Positions 36,601-48,600 of a DNA stretch of 49,686 nt are shown here, piece after piece. The position numbers were made by a program, and so were the translations under genes. How positions within the stretch are numbered: the first letter of the stretch is position 1; every line of letters starts with the position of its first letter. The notes beneath the pieces were generated by a model, which was not told where the DNA came from, did no database searches, and saw nothing but the letters and a program-made list of their open reading frames with translations. The DNA is from Phoronis australis (taxonomy: Eukaryota; Animalia; Phoronida), in the NCBI GenBank assembly GCA_002633005.1, contig NMRA01000060.1, positions 113,740-163,425 on the forward strand, given 5' to 3'.

Positions 36601-39600
36601 ACAGCTTTATTATTACAGTTTTGCCAGAGTGGTACCCAGATATTTTTTGGCAAGGATGCCGCTGAAATATTAGTTTACCCTTATAACATTTACTTTCTGT
36701 ACAAAATGTCTGCAGAACATATCATTCGCAATATTATAATATACATAGTTACGTGATCTACATCTCCTCTTCCTTAACCAGCTGTCAACAGTACAACATA
36801 TGTACGCAACAATTTCTAAAGTGTTCTCGGCAAATTTTTAGGGTCCTCGAGAGTGTCTGAGTTATTATCTTTGTCCAACTGAGGCTGCCAGAACCAAATC
36901 TCTGAATTTTTTTTGTTTCGCGTTTTTTTTTCCAACGACGACTCCCCTTAAGTACCAAGGGCCCCAGGGTCGTGGGCCCTTCTTTCAACACCCTCTAGAT
37001 GACTCAAACCATACATTCACCTTAGCTTACAACGTGTTATTTAGTGATGATATCGAGATCTTGATATAATTAAAAAGGAAACGTGCTATCCAATCTTTTG
37101 GCTACCGTAGGATTCTCTATTAACTACCAAAACACATTTGTAATTTGTAACCAGACTAGACATTGTCCATACACTCATTTGATTCTAATTTAGCGCAATG
37201 GTGCAGAATGCTCTTCATCACGATTTGTTAACTCGTTTCGTGAGGCATGAACAGTACCTGGTAGACTGGTCCAAAAGTCACGTGACACCGGAGGCCCATA
37301 ACCAGCTGAGTTGCTAGCAGAAACGTTGACTTGGTACAAACTTCCTGGTGCCAAATGTTTAATGCTGAAATCCCGCGAGGATATGACATGATTTACGTGA
37401 GAATTCACGACTCCAAGGAGTTTCTTCGATGATTTGTTGTAGGTCTTCAGTAGCATCCACGTAATCTGAAAATTGTGCAAAGATAAGTATTTCATTTTTG
37501 TACTTTCAGAAATATAAGTTGTCGCATTTTAAAACTTCGACACAGAATTTGAGTTTAATATTTGTAAAAAATTCGAAAATCATTGAAAATTACACGCTGA
37601 GTTGATATCTTGAAAATAATGTTACTGTAACTGGCGATTTTTCACTTAATCAACTTTTTTGGAAACTCTGCAATGCGGACTGCACTAATTTCAACAGGTT
37701 AACCCTTAAATATTTTTCATTTTCGTATTTCAGTCTAAGAAATCCACAGCTGAAAAATGAGAAATGTCGAAACGACAAAAATTGAAATAAAACAAAATAA
37801 TATACATGTACAAACAAAAAACATTCCGACAAGAATGGGATATAACAATGGTTACCATGTATTGTGTTATTTGTCCGTTTTGCATCCTCGGTTGGTTCCA
37901 CGACAAGAGTAGATTGTGTCGGTCTTTGATGACAGTAAGTGTCGATGGCGGACCAGGGACTGCACAGGAAAAAGTCGTTTACAGATACATGGAATGCAAA
38001 ATAAACGAACGGAAATACATTCACATTGACAGACGAGTCCTTATATTTAATTCGTTGATACTATATACGCAATTGGTTAAGTTAATACTCTATGCAGTTA
38101 TCCATCAATAGCTGACAACGGTCTTAATTCTTTCTGGAATTATTAGTCGTTCTCAAGGCTGCTTCTGAAAAGATGACCAGGCCGTTCTCACAAAAGAGGA
38201 ACCTTCTTGAGAACATCCGCTTATATAAGAACCAAAGGATGGGGTTTTGGACCCGCAGCTTTCGAGACAGTGGGGCAATTTGCATGAACGTGAGGGAATT
38301 GTTATGCAAAGAGCCATTAGGATGAATATCTCAGGACGCCGTAACCGGTGACAACTGTGAAAATTCCCCGTATGATTCGCACAGTTCTGAAACAAATCAC
38401 AGACTATATAGAATCCATCCTGTATTTGTGGCTGGATGAAGCGTTGATACCTTGTTTGCTGCATGTCTACATGTATGTGGAGGCACTGAGATTTTGGAAT
38501 TGCAGCTTTACTTGGCTGTCGCAAGTCGCCATAACATTGGGGCATTATTGAAACAATCCCTTTAGTCTGACTCACCTGTTTTAATTCACATTTTCACTTA
38601 AAAGCTCTAGACTTTTAACTCTTTGTGAGGTAACCCGTGAGAGTGTCCTAAAATCCTACGTAGTAGATGTGGCATATCATAAAACCTGACACAAGAGAGC
38701 ACTTGCTCAGTGTTTGAGGGTAAGTATGTACAAAATATCCAGATACATGTAAAAACAATATAAAGGTTTATGTGAAGCCTTGAACGGTTAGAGCTAGTTC
38801 TATTGCATGTTGAACAGTGGACACCTCCTTATCTTAGCTATATTGTAGAACTAAATAAAGGCAAAAAGTGTTGTCGTAATATCAATTATTCATTTAAAGA
38901 TGTTACGCACCGTGTTTCTTCAGGCCAATGAAGATGACAGGGTGAATTGCCCCTAGACATGTCCTTTTCTTGGGACAAAATATCTCTATCGATTATATAA
39001 TGATGATTGACCCAAATTTAAGGTAGTTGCAACATAAATTATTACACAGAATTTTGACAACACTTTTTCTGTAAAAGCTATAAATGTACAAGAGGTTTTT
39101 TGTTCGTTTTTCAAAAATACACCAGAGTCTTTACATCACCTTATTGGTAATGTCCCATTGTAAAACATTTTTGAACACACTTTACTAATTCTTTTATGAA
39201 TTGCAGCTGCCAAATGAGGGAGGTATATCTTACAAAGTAAAAGTTTTGGGTTTTCTCAAGACTGGAAAAGAATATTTGTTGAACCTGTCAGGACTACGTT
39301 TTCTCCAAATTTTCTATATGTAAGCTTTTTATTTAATGTTGGGAACAGCTCTTTGTTGGGAGAGATATCGCTTTCAAAAATCAAAAGGAGATGTTTTTAG
39401 CAGATTGGAACCCAATCCCTGAGTTCTATAACGTATACAAGGTAAGTTTTTCTAGTCATATATACTTTAAATTTGGTGTGCCTGTAGAAAGTGAGTGATA
39501 ATGTGAATGAGTTTTTTATGTTATTGTATTTTTTAGCCTATTTCTTAACAAAACTGGTAAAAATATGTCCATGATGTTTGCCTGATGTACACATGACAAA

Positions 39601-42600
39601 GTCTGCTTAAAATGAAGATACAATTTCTGACGCATAGTCCTCTAGTTTGACGCATTTCTAAAATGATCCTTATTTACGCGCGCAAGATTGTGAAGGTGCA
39701 TATTCGTGTCATTGCTTGGGATTTACCTGATTCTTTCATCTGCACCGTGATTTCATCACTCCACTCGCCCTCCATGCGGTCTTTCTTTGTTGGACACCTT
39801 GAAACTGCTCGCACCTATTCGAAAAATGAACTATCAAACTGCAACCTAATCCTATGTTTTGCGACTGTATGACAAACATCATTCTTCAGCCTAAAAGAAT
39901 CCTCAGGTTAACGAAATTATGCATCTGATACAATAACTTGCCTTAAAATTGCAGCGTCTATTCGGTAGCAAATCAGAAACAATAAGTGAAGAACATGGGT
40001 GGCGGCATGTTCCAGCACTAGTCGAGTTGGCAAGAACTTCATAAATGGTCAAAGGTCCATGAGCTGGGCATGGAATTTCCCAACGTAGCTGTACGGAACT
40101 AGAGTTTACGAATCCTGTTCCGACCCCAGTCAGTTTCGGTGGCTCTGTAAACAGAAAAGTAAGCGTTATTCGCAGCTAGTGAATCATTTCATGATCCAAA
40201 AGTTTACGAGTTTAACACAAACAAATAGGACGTCTTGTCAGAAGGCGGATCACCGTTCTAAACGAACGTTAACAAATGCGTGTTTATCTGCCACCATACG
40301 AGTAAAATCAAAATGTGCAAAATTAAGTGTCATCACTATAGATGAACAAAGGTTAATCATAATAATTAGTATTGGAAATTTATTAAGCTTCCTTACGATA
40401 GGAAGGTGGACCTGCCTTCTAGTCTGGGACCGTGTGACAAGAAGGTAGATCATACATCCAGTGCCTTCCGATCACACGGCATAGTAACGGTACAAGTCTT
40501 GAACACGATATGTTGAAAACTATGAGAGCATCTATTCTTACTTGAACACAAAGTTCTTTCAGTGACAACATTACTCCAGGGTCCTTTGTGGGTCCCAACC
40601 ATTGGTCTTACTCGCATGAAATAGTTGACGAATGGAATCAACTTGTCTATCGTCTGAATTCGTAATGTAGTTGTATTTTTGATAAGTTGCGGCAATAAAC
40701 AAGAGTAGTTTAGTCGTTGAAACTCGTACTCATACTCGGTAATCAAATCGTTCCTGCTCTCACACCGAGGACGATCCCACCGAAACACAATAGACGTTGT
40801 TGTTAAGTATTGTGTTGACAGGCCTGACACTGGGAGGTGAGTAGCTGAAATTAAAGACGAGATAACACGAAATTGTCTATATTGATAGCAGTAACCGTCC
40901 ACAAACAAATGCATACTGTGCAAGTAGGCTATAGGCTACGACAATACCAAATTGAGTGACTTAAGCTAACGACTTTTGCAACATCATGAAATTAAGTAAG
41001 TAAGCATGTAAAGGCATATTTCACGTCTATGCGGTTTACAAATAGATAAAACATTAGCATGTGTGCTGGTCCCAAACTGAAAACGAGGAAGCAAAGCACA
41101 ACAGTTTTTATACGCATAGATATTCATGTGAATAATGAATAACTTCCTTGGTCCAAAGCGTTACAGATCTACATGAGTTAGGACTACGACACTCACCTGA
41201 GTCATCGAAAAATGTTCATTTGTTGTATCGAGTCGTTTATTTATTTTAGGTTATGTATGTTATTTTGGGGGAATTCCACAGTTTAACACAAATGTTGCTC
41301 CTACAGTTTGATCATGTATGTTGGTACAAAAGTGCCGGCAGAGTAGACTATACGTGAGTTCAATAAGTTTGTTAAATCATCTTGAGTTCGTTTGGCAGTT
41401 GCTGTGGGTGACTTCGTTGACAAATCCTTCCACACACATAGACGTAAAGTTATTTGTCTGAAAATGCGTATGTATGAAGAAGTTTACAGTTTGTTGACGT
41501 TCGTTTTTGAATTTATTGTAGAGTCATGGCTTGTGTATGCTCTTTGAACATCTCAAGTCCAAAGGCGACGAATTCTCTTTACTTTAGCTTTTTGAGATAT
41601 TGGGATTTATGGCACTCTGACAAAAATCCTATTATTTGGGCAAATAATATTCTACAGCCCTTCATGCTTCATATCCAACTCCTAGTTAGTTCCTACCAAG
41701 TCCGGGGGTAGCGCTGTTTGTTCTTTCTCCCCAGCCTAATGTTGGCCCAACCTCAAGCAACAGTACATTCACTCGTAAGTTTTCCCAATTAGACTATTTG
41801 ATACCTCTACTGAGTCACAACACCACGTTCCTTACAATATCTTTTTTACCACTCCGGCTGGTCTGTTCACTCAGCTTGTCCGGAGCCTGCTTTTTAGGTT
41901 GTTATAGCCCACTTGGCTGTTTGATGTACCCACTTGGTACTTTATTATATGATATTTGTCCGTTTGGCAGTTTGTACCCACTTGGTACTTGTTATTGAAT
42001 TTGCCGTTTTGCTCGACCCACTTGGTAGGCAATCGGCCAATACCCATTTGGTATTATGTACCCATTTGGTACTATGCAAACCTATACCACTTAATATCTG
42101 ATATTCAATTACACATAGGGTATTGTAAATGTGTGTGTTATCTGTTGATTAAGAAACCCATCTGGTTCCCTCTGTGAAATGTTCATTCGTAGGGATGTGA
42201 CCCTGAAATACCCAATACAACCTAAACTATATATTATTGTTGCTATTTTATTTGTCCCCAATAATCCCCACCTTAACATTAACGAGAATTCATAAAGATA
42301 AACATCAACACCAAGATACGAACGTGATTACCGTATAACGATAATGTTGCACAATACAGAACGCTTGGTGTCAAAACCGCGAATGCTTGAAAATAATTCG
42401 TTTTAGTTCTCCCCTTAAAATGACGAATTTTAATTATAACTCAAACCCTTTTATCAAAATTCAGTCCCAAACGACGCCTTTTCAGAATTCTATCAATACG
42501 TTTTAAACGAAAAATTTCCATTATTTTGATGTATAAACTCAACTTTCGTCACAAAATGCAATTTCCAATATCGATCAATCAACATTATGGAATTTGTGTG

Positions 42601-45600
42601 AAGTGGTTCAAAGTTAAAACAAGTGTGATTTCTGAACTGTGGAGGAAATGACGGCTCGTTAAAGTTTGAGACCAGGCTCTACAATAAGCTAACGTACCAA
42701 GGCGTGTCATTTTATTCTCGATGAATGGACTCGAGAAACAACAAACTGTCAGTTGTTTACAAAACCAAAAATCACTTCTCGCCTGATTAAAGAACAAGCC
42801 GAGACCAATTTCATAGCAGTAAATGGTCTAAATTAAAATATGTTTTCTCTCAAGAAACAGGGGCTTATCACATCTTTAAAGTAAACAGTGTTGTGAAAAA
42901 TAAGCCGTGATACTTTGTTCCTTCTTAACTAAACTTTTGTTAAAATTCCAGGGGCAGTCGAAGTTGATGTCGTAATTTGCTTTAAACAGAACATTGGCGA
43001 ACTATATTTAGAACACATATTTGAGCGCAGCAAACTGTCGGAAATGGTATCTTTTTGTCAATACGAACAAACTCTCTTAAGACTAAGTAGGACTTTATCG
43101 ACACGTCCTTGTATTCAGCCAAATATCAGCACAATATACATTTTAACTCAGTAGAGGCATTTTCTGAAATGAGAAAACATGTAAAACTTGATCTGCCATT
43201 AATTGGGTAACACGGCCATGTATTTTTAGTGAAATTCAGCAAAAAAAGGTAGGTGCAGTGATAACATAATAGCGGTAATTATAATAAGACCAATTTTTAT
43301 TTCATTCAAATGTTCAAGATGAAATCCAAAAAACGGTGAGGCAGTTATCTGAATTCATTTCATTCTCGTTTCATGCAACTTTTAATTTTCTCCATGAAAA
43401 CCATAAAAGTCCATTTTTTCGCCCGTAATACAAAAGCAGAACATCTAAAAAACCGTTGCTAACAATGTTTGGATAAGATTGCATGACGCACGATGAGTGT
43501 ATGATGCTGATAATTTTTACTTGTATGGTATCTAAAAGTTTCACATGAATCCGATCCCAAATTTCTAGATACGATTTTCCAAATTTGCCTTAATTTGAAC
43601 ATCTTTCTGAAGTCCTAGATAACGTTACCTTGCGTTGAGCTCATCACGTCTAGCATGTCACTCGAAATGATAAAACTTTTCGCATCAAATTGGTAACACC
43701 AGGGTACAACTGCCGATACAATAAGGTAATTCTCTTCTGTGATGCAATTTGATTCTAACCTGCACAGAGAGTCGTAAAATTGACCATTGGACTCGGGCGA
43801 CCAATTGTCAGCACGTCATCATCCACCTCGACCACTGTCCTAATCCGGAGTTGATACGTTCTATCAGGCTGCAACCCTGTTAACGTCCCACCAGGTGTTG
43901 CTGTCCTGTAACTGGACCACAATCGTTGGCTTGTAGTTTTATACTCCACCTGGTAAGTGCTAACAGGACCCACACCAAGATCACGTCCGCCTACCCACAG
44001 TGTCCAGTAAACGGAAGCCGAGTGAGTGTCCACAGCGTAAACCGCTGCAGCTTTGTTTAGTTTAGCTACCTGTACCTCTGCATGAAAGATAGTAAACGTC
44101 GTCCGTTCATTAGGAAAACATAAGATCTCATTTGATATTACATTACGTTGAAATTTGTGAAATCAATATTAAAATATCGTTACTCAAATAAATCGACATT
44201 CGTCTTCAGTTTCAAATTTTGGCATTTTGTAAAGCATACTACCACATTCCCATTCTTCTAATCGGAAGTATTGATGTTATTACCCAAACACCATAAAATA
44301 CGGAGAAGTAGAACACCAACACGTGACACCGAGGTCACAAGCTGCAGCCCCTGTTTCTCCACCTAATAAGATCGCACTAAAATGTTTTTTGTTTCTCCTC
44401 TCACCCCTTCAATTTTCTTTTTGAAAACAATTGTTTAGTCGTGCATGAATTTTATGCCTGTACGTGATGGAAACAATTATCGTTTTATCTGACTGCAGCA
44501 GTGTATGGAGATAATGTAGTAGAAAGACTTCGTGTGTTTTGTTTGGAATAAATGTGACACTTACCAATACGGGAATACGTATAACTCACATATGCATTCA
44601 TCAAATGCTTAGTTTATGTTCTAACGTGCATTTTTTCAAATAAATTGAAGTTCGAAAAGTTCACATTGAACAATAGGTGACACGTGGACCTTACCACAAT
44701 GTGGCCTCCGGTACCCTTCTTGACATTTGCGACAGTGGCCCGTAGACTTGTTACATGCTTCATCGCCGCTGCATAGTCCGCATTGATTTTGACAGTTTTG
44801 GCCGTACCACCCGCCATTGCATTCTGCAAATGCACAGAAGCACATTCCAAAGCGAACTGTATAGAATTTCGTAGTCGCAAGAAGAATCTTGCTAAGAAAG
44901 TTAGTGTCATTACGTGCTTCGCGTGTACTTCTTGGCGATAGCTTCCGAAGTCTTGCGAGTTCTTGGCTTTCTTGCAAGAAACTACGGAACACAGGTCTGG
45001 TCTACATGTATGTGAGGTATGCCTTGAATTACCTTTCACTTAATTTCGCAGATCTCCACATTTGGTGGGCCATCTTACGGAAGATCAAGCTGTACTCGAA
45101 GGGATTGTTATTTTACACTCCATTATCAGTACTTTAATCATAGACACACGTCCATAGCAACAAGTTCACAACCCCAACACGAGTAAGAAAATTTCAAGTT
45201 AAACGGCTATAAAACCATCTTCCTTTGCATTTGTTTTCAATTAGACAACTTATATCATTATGAAATTGGGCTCGAGTGTTCCTTAGCATCATAACAATGG
45301 CCCACTTGTCTTACCAGTCCCGGCGTTGGCGGTGGACAGGATTGCTCATCCATGAACAACCCTGCCCATGTGGCACATACTGAGCCACAACACCACGTTC
45401 CTTACAATATCTTTTTTATCACTCCGGCTGGTCTGCTCACTCAGCTTGTCCGGAACCCTGCTTTGCAGGTTGTTATAGCCCAGTTGGCTGTTTGGTGTAC
45501 CCACTTGGTACTTTATATGATATTTGACCGTTTGGCAGTTTGTACCCACTTGGTACTTGTTATTGAATTTGCCGTTTTGCTCGACCCAGTTGGTAGGCAA

Positions 45601-48600
45601 TCGGCCAATACCAATTTGGTATTATGTACCCATTTGGTACTACGCTAACCTGTGCCACTTAGCATCCGATACTCAGTTGTACTTTGGGTATCGGAAATGT
45701 GTGTGTGTTATCTCTTGTAATTAAGGAACCCATCTGGTTCCTTCTGTGAAATAGTTATTTGTAGAGCTGTGACCCTGAAATTCCCAGTACAACTTAAAAT
45801 GTACATTATTCTTGTTGTTTTATTTGTCCCCAATAATTTACAGACTCCCGGGTTTCCGACTCAGAAGAAAAACTTGTCAAACAAAATTGTCGAAGAAATT
45901 TACTGTTTTGCCTCCTCAGTAGTTACGAATCACGCGTAAATTAAGAAAAACAATTTAGTTCTATTAACGTCAGCTTCACACTCAAATATTTGGAGTCACA
46001 AATCAGTCTTTTCATAAAGCCACTCTACAACAGGCAATTATGTTTTAATAAGTGTTGTTTATGGACGCCTCTTGACCCGATGTCATGTGCAAAGAAACTC
46101 CAACTGTTCTAGTAAATCAATTCACTCAGCATTTTTCCACATCCAAAAGTCATGCCTGCATACTACATAGCTGTCGTGGGCTCACCTAATGAGGGTCGAG
46201 TTCTATAACCGCCACGCAATGAAAAAAGTCTAGCCAAAATCACGTGCTCCGATTGAAAATACGCAGCGATATTTCGAGAAGTTTTGAGAAATCATGCTTG
46301 TCTAGCGAGGCACTAGCGATGCAGAACTCGATTCAGGGCTCTGAGTGATTGCCGACAACGCGGAATTGTCAATAAACATCGACAATTAATTTCATCGTGA
46401 AAAACGGCATTCATTTCACTGTGACAGGTAATAATTGTTATGCAAAACTTATGCTGACTGTGTTCAACGAGGTTTCTGTAAAGGCTTATTTACAGGCAGA
46501 AGTACACAGTGCAAAATATATATATTTTAGTGTTGCGTATCAGAATACATTTTTTCTAGCAATGTTAGTAGCCATCACAAATCATGTTTAGCGTGTTAAC
46601 CGTATGGACGTAAGTGTCAAATTTGGGCTTTGGTCTCTAGCGACCGTTGATTGATGCAAATAAAATCAGCAATTTCCAGACACGTTCACTCCTTTTTCAT
46701 GAATGAAACTTCTTGGCTACAAAAGAAGTCGGGAACATTCACTTACGCATTTGTAAACTGATTCATGTTGCAGAAAATAAATCTGAAACTAAATAAGGCT
46801 ATCCAGATACTCCCAAGGATACTATTGTTTCACGAAATGTAGAATATAAATAGGTAAATAAAACAGCAAGAATGGATCAATTGAAATTTTCAGATGTAAT
46901 AACGTCCTTTGTCAACAGAAACAGAAATAAAGTAAAATCAACCACTAGATGACAACTGACATTTAAGATATGGTGTAATGTATATGATACATTCATATTC
47001 ATTACACCATATCTTAAATGTCAATTGTCATCTAGTGGTTGATTTTACTTTATTTCTGTTTCTGTTGACAAAGGACGTTATTACATCCGAAAATTTCGGC
47101 TAATTCATTATCGTTGGACAGGCGTTCAGCGGGACCTACAGATGCGAACGGAAGGTTTCAACCTACTGGTGTAGACAGCGTTTTAATACCTCCCCTGATA
47201 TCACAATGCCCGCAAATTGCCACTGCAGTGTGATGGGAAGTGTAAAGGTCTAGCGGAAAGAGGCAAACATCTTGAAATATCCATAAATGAAAGATATCAT
47301 GTTCCATACATTTCCCACACAGAAGAGGAACCGGTTGAACTCAATGGTTATGGCTGATAAAGCGGGAGAATTTCGATTCCAGCCGATGTCAAAGCTAAAA
47401 TGAATTCGAAAACTTAAACAAACAAACAATGGTATGGGTGACAGTGGAACTGTCATCCCATGCGCACAGTATATTTACTGAAGTGATTTCGTTCCCGAAT
47501 GAAGTCTACGGACGGTCGTCCTAAAAAGTAGAAAGACTGTTTCGCAAGCTTCTGTAAGAGACGTCGGCGCATTGAGGGAGTATGGACTTGAAATACCAGC
47601 TACAGTTCAGTATGTCTGCAGCCTGACCTAAAAATGATAATTAGCCTTTGGTAACTATTTCGATGCCAAGAGACCAATTATTTATATGGTTTTCTTATCC
47701 ACCAAAAGTGATAGGTTAAGAACATCTTGCCAATAGATTCGGTACTACCCCGTTTCCGACAATAAGAACCCGATTGCAGGCTCGTTGATGCATTGGGTTC
47801 TTTCGGAAGTAGCTAAAGTATATGCGCCTGTTCAGGCCTACGAACATTTTGTGAAACTGCACGTGTACATGTATCTGGAACTAGGTACATGCGTCCAATT
47901 GTGAAAAAAAAATTCGAAATATTATGTGAAAGCAAATGACTTGTACGTTTCAAAATGTCAGACACGTTGAAGTGTATTTAAAAACTAAATATTAGAATTA
48001 TATTGAACGCTATATCATGGGTCAATACTGGACAACTTCAAATTAAGAGAAATTAAGCATTTGGCGTTTCATTTAGCTGGGAGTTACGTCTGCCGTAATC
48101 TCTATCATAACGATCATATTATTTCCATAGAAAATAGAGAATGTCAATTTTCTTTGTTCTCCGGTTCGATCATTTGTGCTCCTCATTGTTTGGAACTTGA
48201 TGTTCTAGGTACCAGTCATCATGCCTTAACGTCGCCAAAGAGAGCTAGGAGTAAACGAAAACGCACAAAAGCATGTGCACGTGGTCATGTGCAATAGATA
48301 GCCGGATGCACTTATAAAAGAATGCTTTAAAGGATGCGGTTAAAATCGCATCCATCTATACAGGGCAGTTAACACCAATGCATGTTTCTTAGGCAAAAGT
48401 TTCATCGGATAACCTATGGGCCAGAATACCCGAATGTGCAGTAACATTGTTCAAGCAAACACTACAGTTATCGTTTTGCAATGAATGTGCACTTACCCTT
48501 ACAGTAGTCAGTGTAATGTCCAATTTTACAACCACTTCTACAGTGACCAGTAAAACGATCACAGACCCCGGTCTTGCAAGAACCACACGTCTGAGCGCAG

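Noticed and set aside
38153-38575. 140-aa intronic ORF
   Set aside because: No recognisable domain, no fitting splice sites, and not needed for the FN3 frame.
41920-42075. CRISPR-like regularly spaced GTACCCACTTGG repeats
   Set aside because: Eukaryotic intron, irregular spacing, no cas genes, and the spacers are conserved in the second copy; these are subrepeats of an interspersed element.
46747-46782. 36-nt AG...GTAAGT-bounded candidate exon between the EGF exons
   Set aside because: It contains TGA in the phase-1 frame required by both neighbours.
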